Of a stretch of 64,000 bases of DNA, positions 50,070 through 62,017 are shown piece after piece. Below the pieces are notes generated by a model. That model did no database searches, was not told the origin of the DNA, and saw only the letters and a list, made by a program, of their open reading frames with translations. A program made the position numbers and the translations under genes. This DNA is from Macrostomum hystrix (lineage: Eukaryota; Animalia; Platyhelminthes). The stretch spans positions 2,418,001 to 2,482,000 of the forward strand of contig CATNEN010000031.1 in the NCBI GenBank assembly GCA_950097015.1. The letters run 5' to 3'. Each line of letters opens with the position of its first letter. Position 1 is the stretch's first letter.

Positions 50070-51296
50070 TTACGACTTCTCTGGCATCTCCTGCAGCGTG
50101 TGCCACTGGGCGATGGGCCGCCTGGGATTGGCCAGCATGTCCGACCAATGGCGCAGCTCGGCCTGCGTGGCTGTGCAGCCCAGCACAATGCGACCAATGG
50201 GCTCGCTGGTACCGATGCGATCGTAGTCAACCACCGTGACAATCAGCGTGACCTTCTGGATCTGCTCAAACGGAACCTCGAAAGTGAACGATTCGTTGTA
50301 GTACGGGTTCAGAGTGCATTTCTTGATGGTAGTCTTCTTCTTCTTCAGCCGCTTGCCGTTCATCATCAGCGACAGCTTCACGTACGGATCCGACAGACCG
50401 CCAACGTCCATCTTCTTGAGGTTCTTGGCCTCCAGGATCACGATGGTCAGCTTGCCTGCTGTTGGCACGTAGCGCAGCGAGAAGCATATGTCGCCCAGCT
50501 TGTTGCTCTTGTCGTCCTCGCTCTCCGGCGGATCCACGTCCTTCCACTCCTCGATGACGCGGGCCAGATCCATGCAGCCCAGCGGCAGCTTGATCAGGCC
50601 GATCTGGTCGTGTTTGGAGAATCGGTCAAAGTCGTAGATGGCAAACACCAGCGTCTTCGAGGGCACGTCAGCGTACGGCACCTTGAAGATGAAGGTCTCG
50701 TTGAACACTGGGTTGAGCGTCTTGCGGTGCACCTTGGTCTCGAACTTCTTCTTCTTGTCTGGCAGGATGTAGACCTTCACGTAGGGGTCCGAGGTGCCGC
50801 CCATGTCCATGGCGGGCAGGTCGGAGGCTTGGATGACACCAACGGACAGCTCGCCCTTCTGGAAGTCGTAATCCAACGAATATTGCAGCTTGCCGAGTTT
50901 CTCGACCTCCTTCTCCTCGGCGCCCTCGTTGTCCTCCATGGCGTCGGCGAGCTCCTCCATGTCCGGCTGCACTTTCTCCTTGCCCAGCTCGCCACCGAGC
51001 AGCTGCACGTTCTTCATGTCCACCGCGCCCTTGCCCTTCTTGCCGTCCTTGCCGCCCTTCTTCTTGCTCTTGCAGATGCAGTGGCGGCAGACGCAGAACA
51101 GAATCAGCAGCACCAGCAGGGCGGCGCCAACCAGGATTGCGATGACCGCAGCCTTGGGCACGTGCATCTTCTCGGACAGGAAGTCGAGCGCGACGTCGGC
51201 CTTCTTCAGCGCCTTCTCCCTGGCGCTCTCCTCCGTGGTGCCGGGCGTGCCCTCAGCGCCGCCGCCGCTGCTCGACGTGGTGGCATCGTCGGTCAT
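50070..51296 (-). CDS. SYT1: Synaptotagmin-1, intronless CDS, 408 aa
   Basis: Single TM helix with Cys cluster; C2A ([23 protein letters not shown]); C2B ([30 protein letters not shown]); terminal WHTL. Confidence 0.96.
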   Translation of the reverse strand: MTDDATTSSSGGGAEGTPGTTEESAREKALKKADVALDFLSEKMHVPKAAVIAILVGAALLVLLILFCVCRHCICKSKKKGGKDGKKGKGAVDMKNVQLLGGELGKEKVQPDMEELADAMEDNEGAEEKEVEKLGKLQYSLDYDFQKGELSVGVIQASDLPAMDMGGTSDPYVKVYILPDKKKKFETKVHRKTLNPVFNETFIFKVPYADVPSKTLVFAIYDFDRFSKHDQIGLIKLPLGCMDLARVIEEWKDVDPPESEDDKSNKLGDICFSLRYVPTAGKLTIVILEAKNLKKMDVGGLSDPYVKLSLMMNGKRLKKKKTTIKKCTLNPYYNESFTFEVPFEQIQKVTLIVTVVDYDRIGTSEPIGRIVLGCTATQAELRHWSDMLANPRRPIAQWHTLQEMPEKS

Positions 51297-52397
51297 CTCG
51301 CTGGCTTTTGTTTAAATTGTACAGTTAAGCTTTGCCTGGCGAAAGGCCAATAGTTATCTTGTTTCTGTTCTACTGAGTCCCGCGCAGGCTACGCAAAGGC
51401 TGAGGAATGGGATCAGGAAGCAGATGGGATCTGGCGGCGAGAGTTTGGGAGAGGGCCAATATTTAAAAAAAATCCAATCCCAACCCCTACCAGTCCGTCC
51501 GCCCGGACGTTGGTGGTCACCGCGAGACCTCACTCCGTTGGCTGATCGATTCCCGACTCTTCCCCTCCCATCTGCGACCCTCCGCCTCTGCCACCAGCGC
51601 CTCATTCACTGCTCTCAGTTGCCAACGGTAACCGGAGTCCTAACAGTCGATCGATATAAAGCGAAGGCCCGCGGCCAAGGCCTGCAGGCAGAAAAACTCC
51701 CACAGGAGGGGAGGGGGATGAGAGAAACAAGCTGGCCCTGCCTCTCCCCTGTCTGAGCGACCAGTCCGCAGCTCCACCAACCCCCCCAGCCAAAGAGGGG
51801 CTTAAAAAAGGGGGGCGGCCGGAGCTGCTAAAACTGGGCTTCTCATCCGGCACTAAAGGCTAGCCATGCATATTTTTTAGCAAAGAGTGGGATTTGCGAG
51901 GCTTTGGGAGAATAGGAAATGGTGAAACGGAGAGAGAGAGGGGGAAGGAGAACTGTGTTGGAAGAGAATGAGCAGATGCGCGCTGAGCCCATATGCATTT
52001 TTCTGGCAGGGGTCGATGTCCAGCCGTTGTGAGCAGGGGTCGGCTGGGGATGGGCTAATTTTAGACTTTTGGCATGCACCAAAAACCGGCCGCCAGAAAA
52101 CTCATGCCGCGCTGCCAACTAAAGTGTCTTCAAACTCCCAATGGTCTAACAGCCAGTCTCAATTTTGGCTCTTCCAGATCCAGAATACATCAAGTCCCTT
52201 GTGGAGCCTGTCCGCTCCATGTGAAACTGCCATGACTTCAACAGAAGTCCAAATTCTGCTTTACTTTAATGCAACAGATGAAAACCGCCGAGATTCAATA
52301 GAATGTTTGGCGACGCTTTTGACAAATGACTGGTCATAATGGTAGCTTCAGTTAAAGCCATTTACACAGCTAATGAACAGCGTGTGAAAATTAGACA

Positions 52398-54426
52398 ACA
52401 GCGTGTGACAGTTTATAACTGAATGTGACAGTTAGATAAAAGGGTGTGACAGTTGGATAACAGGATGTGACAGTTGGATAACAGGATGTGACAGTTGGAT
52501 AACAGGATGTGACAGTTGGATAACAGGATGTGACAGTTGGATAAAATGGTGTGACAGTTGGATAACAGGATGTGACAGTTGGATAACAGGATGTGACAGT
52601 TTAATAACTGAATGTGACAGTTAGATAACAGGGTGTGACAGTTGGATAACAGGATATTAAGGTTGAATAACAGGATGTGACAGTTAAATAACAGGTTGAA
52701 TAACAGGATGTGACAGAATAATAATTGGATGTCACAGTTGACTAATAGGGTGTGACAGTTGGATAGTAGAAAGTGACAGTTGAATAACAGGGTGTGACAG
52801 TTGAAAAACAGGGTGTGACAGCAGAATAAAAGGGTGTGACAATTGAATAACAGGGTGTGACAATTGAATAACAGGGTGTGACAGCAGAATAAAAGGGTGT
52901 GACAGCAGAATAACAGGGTGTGACAATTGAATAACAGGGTGTGACAATTGAATAACAGGGTGTGACAGTTGGATAACAGGGTATGACACTTATATAACAG
53001 AGTGTGACAGTTGAATAACAGGGTGTGACAGCAGAATAACATGGTGTGACAGCAGAATAACATGGTGTGACAGCAGAATAACATGGTGTGACAGCAGAAT
53101 AACATGGTGTGACAGCAGAATAACATGGTGGGACTGTTGGATAACAGGGTGTGACAGTTGAATAACAGGGTGTGACAGCAGAATAAAAGGGTCTGACAGT
53201 TATATAACAGGATGTGACAGTTGAAAAACAGGATGTGACAGTTTAATAACAGGGTGTGACAGCAGAATAAAAGGGTCTGACAGTTATATAACAGGGTGTG
53301 ACAGCAGAATAACAGGGTGTGACAATTGAATAACAGGGTGTGACAGTTCGATAACAGGATGTGACAGTTGAATAACAGGATATTAATGTTGAATAACAGG
53401 ATGTGACAGAATAATAATTGGATGTGACAGTTGACTAATAGGGTGTGACAGTTGGATAACAGGGTGTGACAGTTGAATAATAGAAAGTGACAGTTGAATA
53501 CCAGTTTGTGACAGTTGGATAACAGGGTGTGACAATTGAATAACATGGTGTAACAGCAGAATAACAGGATGTGACAGTAGAATAACATGGTGTGACAGCA
53601 GAATAACAGGGTGTGACAGATGAATAACATGGTGTGACAGCAGAATAACAGGGTGTGACAATTGAATAACAGGGTGTGACAATTGAATAACAGGGTGTGA
53701 CAACAGAATAACAGGGTGTGACAGCAGAATAACAGGGTGTGACAGTTGAATAACGGGATGTGACAGCAGAATAACAGGGTGTGACAGCAGAACAACAGGG
53801 TGTGACAGTTGAATAACGGGATGTGACAGCAGAATAACAGGGTGTGACAGCAGAATAACAGGGTGTGACAGTTGAATAACGGGATGTGACAGCAGAATAA
53901 CAGGGTGTGACAGCAGAATAAAAGGGTCTGACAGTTATATAACAGGGTGTGACAGTTGAATAACAGGGTGTGACAGCAGAATAACAGGGTGTGACAGCAG
54001 AATAACAGGGTGTGACAGCAGAATAACAGGGTGTGATAGCAGAATAACAGGGTGTGACAGCAGAATAACAGGGTGTGACAGCAGAACAACAGGGTGTGAC
54101 AGTTGAATAACGGGATGTGACAGCAGAATAACAGGGTGTGACAGCAGAATAACAGGGTGTGACAGTTGAATAACGGGATGTGACAGCAGAATAACAGGGT
54201 GTGACAGTTATATAACAGGATGTGACAGTTATATAACAGGATGTGACAGTTATATAACAGGGTGTGACAGCAGAATAACAGGGTGTGACAGCAGAATAAC
54301 AGGGTGTGACAGCAGAATAACAGGGTGTGATAGCAGAATAACAGGGTGTGACAGCAGAATAACAGGGTGTGACAGCAGAATAACAGGGTGTGACAGCAGA
54401 ATAACAGAGTGGGACTGTTGGATAAC
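52398..54426. repeat. 21-bp minisatellite (GGGTGTGACAGCAGAATAACA)n with a variant gradient
   Basis: About 95 copies; source of the spurious 671-aa CHTLLFC ORF; block about 52650-52780 is re-used near 53370-53480. Confidence 0.96.
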
Positions 54427-54972
54427 ATCTCATAAATAGGTCAATAAAATCTAAAGCGAAACTTTCATTAGAAATCGGCAGGCCAAGACACAAAAAATTT
54501 CACACCAAAAGTACAGGATCCTTCGAAGATAGTCGATTGCTTCAGAATAATCAGTCTCTTGATTCCATGAAGTTCACTGGGAATCCTTAATGAGCATCGA
54601 AGGCGGGTTTGAGCTAGAATCTCAAACTGGGCCCCGAATCATCAATCATCAATCGAGCTATTGCGACTGAATGATTTGAGAGGGCCAGTGGGGTAGAGCA
54701 GGGGTAGAGCCTGAATTTGGAGGCATTCACGGATAACTGTGAAATGTGAATCATTACTATCACATAGTATGGTATAATATGGCAATAACTATTATACGAT
54801 GACCCACTTGTCTGCGCTGGCTAGGAAGCACGAGCGGAACCAGTCACATTTAGTCTCCAATAATGGCTCATCAATATTTTCTAAATCTATTTTTAGCAAC
54901 AAGCTTTTTGCTAAAATCCAAGCAGGCCTGATTGATCGCATGTCTATTTTGTATTTATCTTTTATTTGAAAA

Positions 54973-56605
54973 AGTAGGGTTAACAACTGGCAATGCACCA
55001 AATGATTATGTACTCACTGTTGACAGTGAGTCAAGGATAGCAACCTGGTAATCCACTGAATGAGTAGGGTTAACAACTGGCAATGCACCAAATGATTATG
55101 TACTCACTGTTGACAGTGAGTCAAGGATAGCAACCTGGTAATCCACTGAATGAGTAGGGTTAACAACTGATAATCCACTGAATGAGTAGGGATAGCAACT
55201 GATAATCCACCGAATGAGTAGGGTTAACAACTGATAATCCACTGAATGAGTATGGATAACAACTGATAATCCACTGAATGAGTAGGCATAACAACTGATA
55301 ATCCACTGAATGAGTAGGGATAGCAACTGATAATCCGCTGAATGAGTAGGGAATGCAACTGATAATCCGCTGAATGAGTAGGGATAGCAACTGATAATCC
55401 ACTGAATGAGTAGGGATAGCAACTGATAATCCGCTGAATGAGTAGGGAATGCAACTGATAATCCGCTGAATGAGTAGGGATAGCAACTGATAATCCACTG
55501 AATGAGTAGGGATAACAACTGAAAATCGACTCAATGAGTATGGTTAACAACTGATAATCCACTGAATGAGTAGGGATAACAACTGATAATCCACTGAATG
55601 AGTAGGCATAACAACTGATAATCCACTGAATGAGTAGGGATAGCAACTGATAATCCACTGAATGAGTAGGGATAACAACTGATAATCCACTGAATGAGTA
55701 GGGATAACAACTGATAATCCACTGAATGAGTAGGGATAGCAACTGATAATCCACTGAATGAGTAGGCATAACAACTGATAATCCACTGAATGAGTATGGT
55801 TAACAACTGATAATCCACTGAATGAGTAGGGATAACAACTGATAATCCACTGAATGAGTAGGCATAACAACTGATAATCCACTGAATGAGTAGGGATAGC
55901 AACTGATAATCCACTGAATGAGTAGGGATAACAACTGATAATCCACTGAATGAGTAGGGATAACAACTGATAATCCACTGAATGAGTAGGGATAGCAACT
56001 GATAATCCACTGAATGAGTAGGCATAACAACTGATAATCCACTGAATGAGTAGGGATAGCAACTGATAATCCACTGAATGAGTAGGGATAACAACTGATA
56101 ATCCACTGAATGAGTAAGCATAACAACTGATAATCCACTGAATGAGTAGGGATAACAACTGATAATCCACTGAATGAGTAGGGATAGCAACTGATAATCC
56201 ACTGAATGAGTAGGGATAGCAACTGATAATCCACTGAATGAGTAGGGATAACAACTGATAATCCACTGAATGAGTAAGCATAACAACTGATAATCCACTG
56301 AATGAGTAGGGATAACAACTGATAATCCACTGAATGAGTAGGGATAGCAACTGATAATCCACTGAATGAGTAGGCATAACAACTGATAATCCACTGAATG
56401 AGTAGGGATAACAACTGATAATCCACTGAATGAGTAAGCATAACAACTGATAATCCACTGAATGAGTAGGGATAACAACTGATAATCCACTGAATGAGTA
56501 GGGATAGCAACTGATAATCCACTGAATGAGTAGGGATAACAACTGATAATCCACTGAATGAGTAGGGATAACAACTGATAAAATACTGAATGAGTGGGGA
56601 TAACA
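54973..56605. repeat. 32-bp minisatellite (GATAATCCACTGAATGAGTAGGGATAACAACT)n preceded by a 90-bp tandem duplication
   Basis: About 46 copies; 54973-55062 is repeated at 55063-55152. Confidence 0.96.
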
Positions 56606-57060
56606 ACTGAAATAACATATAACAACAAAGTCAGACATAAGAAATAACTATGAAAACGGACCTGCAATCGGATGTTTCGCCAAGAAGAGACGAAGTGAGC
56701 ACACAGTGGAGCATGAGCACATACACAAACACGCACTTCACTGTATTTCCCCCAGGGCAGAGGAGGGCAGGAACACGGATGGCAAAAGCTAATGCAGAAG
56801 CAGAACCTGAATTGACTTGGCATTCTTATCTCGAGGAGCAGCGGCAGGCCGAGACGGGGGGCTCCGGAGGGACTGAGACGAGGTGGTTGCTAAGAGACTG
56901 AACAGCGACTTCATTAGAATAACAAGACGAGTGGAGAAGACGCGGCTGAGAATTTTATCATGCGAAAATGAACTTTATTAGTCATTCATTAAGTATGCTG
57001 AGAGGCTGGCAAACAGAGAGAGTGAATGCGGTGGGTGGCATCAACAGTGATGTCTATGTC

Positions 57061-57745
57061 ATCGGTGGTGTGGCGGTATATATCAAAGGATCGGTGGTGT
57101 GGCGGTATATATCAAAGGATCGGTGGTGTGGCGGTATATATTAAAGGATCAGTGGTGTGGCGGTATATATCAAAGGATCGGTGGTGTGGCGGTATATATT
57201 AAAGGATCGGTGGTGTGGCGGTATATATTAAAGGATCAGTGGTGTGGCGGTATATATCATAGGATCGGTGGTGTGGCGGTATATATCAAAGGATCGGTGG
57301 TGTGGCGGTATATATTAAAGGATCGATGGTGTGGCGGTATATATCAAAGGATCGGTTGTGTGGCGGTATATATTAAAGGATCAGTGGTGTGGCGGTATAT
57401 ATCATAGGATCGGTGGTGTGGCGGTATATATCAAAGGATCGGTTGTGTGGCGGTATATATTAAAGGATCGAAGGTGTGGCGGTATATATCAAAGGATCGG
57501 TTGTGTGGCGGTATATATTAAAGGATCGGTGGTGTGGCGGTATATATCATAGGATCGGTGGTGTGGCGGTATATATTAAAGGATCAAAGGTGTGGCGGTA
57601 TATATCAAAGGATCGGTGGTGTGGCGGTATATATTAAAGGATCGGTGGTGTGGCGGTATATATCAAAGGATCGGTGGTGTGGCGGTATATATCAAAGGAT
57701 CGAATGTGTGGCGGTATATAACAAAGGATCGGTGGTGTGGCGGTA
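57061..57745. repeat. 29-bp minisatellite (ATCGGTGGTGTGGCGGTATATATCAAAGG)n
   Basis: About 23 copies, degenerating at the right end. Confidence 0.95.
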
Positions 57746-57896
57746 CATCAAAGGAGCAGATGTTGGCGGTGCATCAAAAGAACAGATGATGGCGGGTCAT
57801 CAAAGGAACAGATTGAACAAAATAAGTATGCAGCGCCATCTTTAGGCAAACAGGTAATAAAGTATTTACACCATACTAGTCTCAATCTAGTGAACC

Positions 57897-58109
57897 CTAA
57901 TCCACCAGATCCTGCAGCTTCCGTTTCAGGCCTCGCCTCGAAGGCCCAGCAGCCGTGTTTCGGATGGCGCAGCAGGAGAGGCTGGCCAGGCAGGTGAGGG
58001 CGGGGAACAGAAGCGGCAGGCTGAGCAGTCCAGTGCCTGGCGGTGAATCGGCCAGCCACACAGCGCCGAAGCAGAGCAGGAAGATCCACAGCTTGTCAGA
58101 GACTCTCAT
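57897..58109 (-). CDS. Putative small secreted/membrane protein or first coding exon (70 aa, MRVSDKLWIFLLCFGAVWLA...)
   Basis: 53 of 70 codons end in G/C in a GC island; signal-peptide-like N-terminus; no recognised homology. Confidence 0.35.
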   Translation of the reverse strand: MRVSDKLWIFLLCFGAVWLADSPPGTGLLSLPLLFPALTCLASLSCCAIRNTAAGPSRRGLKRKLQDLVD

Positions 58110-58599
58110 TTGGGCAGGTCTGCTAGCATAATTAGCAAGCGTGTGTGAGAGAGCAGCTTGTAAATTATATGCTGTCGGCTGAAGCAGAAAACTGCATTTT
58201 CGATTTATTTCCGCTGTTGCCTGGATTTGATTTTCTCTAAATTTGAACTGGGGCAAATATTTTATGCAGATAGTGGCCTAAAGAGTATCGTTGAAGGTAC
58301 TGTTATGTATTCAGCCAGTGTTAATTCTCTGGTACTTTGTGCATAATTATGCGCATTAGATAGCTCGTGATCCTACAACAAAACAACCAGAGCAATGCGC
58401 AGACAAAGCATGAGCTGATTTCTATAACTGCGGTGCTCAGGTCCGCCCATTCTTTAAAAGTGCATTGTTTAATCGTCCATTTCTTCCTTTTTATGTTCGT
58501 TCATCTACCGCAATAGTTTGTAATTGAATCTTTTTTAATGCAGAATCTGATAATTCAAAGCATTATAAATCAACATTTTTACTTTTTAACGTCCTGAAC

Positions 58600-59030
58600 T
58601 CTGACCAGGTCCGACAGACACCCTCCCAGATCCCCAGGCTGATCAGACACCCTCCCAGATGCCCAGGCTGATCAGACACCCTCCCAGATGCCCAGGCTGA
58701 TCAGACACCCTCCCAGATGCCCAGGCTGATCAGACACCCTCCCAGATGCCCAGGCTGATCAGACACCCTCCCAGATACCCAGGCTGATCAGACACCCTCC
58801 CAGATGCCCAGGCTGATCAGACACCCTCCCAGATCCCCAGGCTGATCAGACACCCTCCCAGATTCCCAGGTCCGACAGACACCCTCCCAGATCCCTAAGT
58901 TGATCAGACACCCTCCCAGATTCCCAGGTCCGACAGACACCCTCCCAGATCCCAAAGTTGATCAGACACCCTCCCAGATTCCCAGGTCCGACAGACACCC
59001 TCCCAGATCCCCAGGCTGATCAGACACCCT
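58600..59030. repeat. 29-bp minisatellite (CAGACACCCTCCCAGATGCCCAGGCTGAT)n
   Basis: About 15 copies. Confidence 0.94.
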
Positions 59031-59481
59031 ATCAGTGAATAAATCTTCAAATGCATTACAAACATACTAAATTAAGCACGTTCAATAGGCTTATGACAAA
59101 GAATCTAAACAAGAATACTGAGAATCTCCTGTTTATTTTTCAAGTCAACGCAAACTTCAACGATAAAATTTTATTTTACTGCACAGAGTAAAAACGAGTA
59201 CTTCTACTTGCGGTAGTATTAAATGAAAGCAAAATTATAATTTTTAACATCCGAAAAACCCGAAAACTTAGCAAAAAGGGAATTTAATTAAATGCAGATA
59301 TTAATAAATTTAAGAAAATATATATATCTGTTTCCTAGTCAATAATTGCCACATGTTCTTAGAAATTAGAAACCATTTTCTAAGAAACAAACCTTAAGTT
59401 GCGTGTTTTTTCTAGAGCCTAGTTTTTCAAGATCTAGACCCATTCACAGTCACAGCCACAGTCTGGCAAAGTCTACCGAAG

Positions 59482-60616
59482 TCACTCGCCGACGCCAGCC
59501 TCGCCCTGCGCCGCATGGAAGGTGCGCAGTCGAAGCAGCCAGGCGGACCAGGCCGGCAGCAGCTGGTCCAGCCCGAGCCGGAGGCAGGCGGCCGGCGAGC
59601 CGTCTGGATAGGCGTAAACAAGCATAGCCGAGGTCAACAACGGCTGCTGCTGCTGCTCATTTTCTTGGCAACGTCGCATCTGATTCAACGCGCCCAGATA
59701 GGAGGCCAGTTGCAGAGGCGCGTCGTAAGCGTCGCGCAGGCCAACAATGCGACGCTCGTGCGCTGTCTTCCACTCGATCAGCAACTCCGTGCCCGCCGGA
59801 CCTTCACTACCACCGTCGGCGGCGTCAGCAACAGAAGCGGGCCGCAGTCGGGCTAGACAATCGAGGCGACCCTTGTAGCGCAATGGTCGATGTATAACCT
59901 GAGCCTCCTGGGCCTGCACCGACTCCAGGGTGCGAAGGATCTGGAGAGAGGAAAATGCTCTTCTTTCTTCTCTGGATGGATCTGGGTGGTGCAAACTCAT
60001 CATCGAGTTCTAGATGTTGCAACCTGATCATCGGGATCTGGATGGTGTAACCTGATCATCGGGTTCTCAATGGTGCAACCTATTCATCGGGATCTGGATC
60101 GTGCAACCTGATCATCGGGATCTGGATAGTGCGACCTGATCATCGGGATCTGCATGGTGCAACCTGATCATCGGGTTCGGGGTTTACGCCAAGGCAGGCA
60201 CAACTGACCGGTAGCACGGACTGGAAGAAGCCGGTAATTTCGGCCTCGGGCTGAGCGTCACCAGTCTCCAGATAGTCCCAGATGCTGCGATGCAGCCTGG
60301 CGCCGGAGGTTAGCAGGCCGGATTTGTACTTGGCGAACGCATCCGGCCCCAGGGCCAGTTGTTTTTTGCGCAGCCAGCGAGCCAGAGCGGCTGCGCTCTC
60401 AGGCGGCCTGGTTCGGTCCAGCACGGTGGTCACGCTGGGCAGCTGAGTCTCGACTCCTGGCCTCTCAGTCAAGACCACCTGCGCTGACGGCGAAATGCCT
60501 AAGAATGGATAATCATCTGAAGCGAATGCGGCGGCTGCAGAGGTTGACACAGCCGAGCACAAACGCTGGCGCCCAGAGCTGCTTCGGCGGAGGAAGCCGA
60601 AGAGATGTGATACAAG
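59482..60616 (-). CDS. MGME1: Mitochondrial genome maintenance exonuclease 1 (PD-(D/E)XK nuclease), no genomic ATG seen
   Basis: Exons 60616-60209 and 59940-59482 (phase 0, GTCAGT..CAG intron). LPSVTTVL, ARW..LGPDAF, GARLH, E..V.H..L.YKGRLDC, IEWKT, DAPLQLASYLGALN, YAYPDGSPA, WLLRL match MGME1. Confidence 0.9.
59975..60178. repeat. About 28-29-bp degenerate minisatellite in the MGME1 intron
   Basis: About 7 copies of CCTGATCATCGGGATCTGGATGGTGCAA variants. Confidence 0.85.
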
Positions 60617-62017
60617 CTGCGGTATTTGTGGCTATTTTTGTACACCGTTTGAATACAGATTTGCACTTTAAAATTTGAGACTAAGAATAACCAAATCTAG
60701 GGTTATTATGTAAAGCCATACAAGTATAGTAAACACTATAGTATTGTTTTAGCACTGTGCCCATTGGCAAATTATGCAGTAAAGATCCCGAATACAGCAC
60801 TCTAGCTTGTAAAACAGTCCAACATGGCCCTGTCCCATATATAATCTCTTCTTTGTCTTGTCCTTTCTGTCTAATCTTGGAAAAGTCTAATTTGTTACAT
60901 TTATCTACAACATTGCAACTGTTGTCTGTAACTGTAAGTTCTAATTCTGATGTGTGCGTATAATAATTGATACATTGAGGTATAGTTGACATATGTAGTC
61001 ATTAAAACTAATAGTCCCATGCATATCAGCAAGTGCATAATATGGTTAAAGGTGTACAACTGAAAGCAAGTTATTTATTTCTATATATGTATGAGCTACA
61101 TTAATATAGCCTATTTTATTATTATTATATAGTTACTATATACCTAGTTGGTGCTTAAAAATATATCTCAGTAGCTAGACCTAATTAGTTGAAAAAGTTA
61201 AACACATGTAATGTAACAAAAAAACAAACAAAAAACATATGTGCTAATGCTAATGTGTAAGGAATCTAACAAGTAACCTATGTGGCTATGTAGAATACAA
61301 CCCATTTCAAAAGAATAGTGTTAGGCAGTTAATAGCCACTGTACTAATAGATCATACCTATGTTATAGTGATCATGATATAATTTTCAAATATTTTTGCA
61401 ACAAATAGGTCATTAATTAGCATTATATAATGTTATCATTTCCTGACATAAAAGATAAAAATATTTGTTTGTAAAAAGAAACCAGATTGGAAAAAATAGC
61501 AATGCTAGCTAGGCCTGTGTTTAAATTTGTTGAACCTAAACTATTTGCATACACTTTTTTCTACCTAAACATTATCCATCCTGAGTAGACTAAGTAGATA
61601 ACCAAGTCTAGAGATTGGCATACAAAATAGAAAGAAAAGAAACAACAATTATTGAATAAGTGTTATCAGCTATTACAGTGGCTATTGCTATCTGCTTAAG
61701 TGGAATGTTACCTTTCCATAGATCTAATTTTTTCTTTACTTTACCCGAATTTGACTTATTTATAACCAAGTATTTATTGTGATACTAGGCTACATAGCCC
61801 CACTCCAACCCTAAACAAAAAATGCGAATTTTCTTATCTTAAATTAAAAAGTACTTTAGTAGCTACATAATATTTCCAGAACAATAATGCTTTTAAGTAT
61901 TGCAAGGCAACTTAGTTTTCCTAAGCATTTTATACTAGGGTATATTAGTATATAGACCTAACTCAGCGCCTAAGTACAACAGTTAGCCAAGTAAGCTTAT
62001 GTAACGTGTAGGGTACC

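Noticed and set aside
49917-51353. 478-aa antisense ORF over SYT1, and similar antisense ORFs over SPEN, UCP and the LINE
   Set aside because: Expected shadow ORFs of GC3-rich coding strands; no recognisable domains
52413-54428. 671-aa Cys/His-rich ORF (CHTLLFC)n resembling a metallothionein-like protein
   Set aside because: Direct translation of a 21-bp (7-codon) minisatellite; no unique domain or splice context
55096-56823. Hydrophobic repetitive ORFs up to 430 aa
   Set aside because: Translation of the 32-bp array
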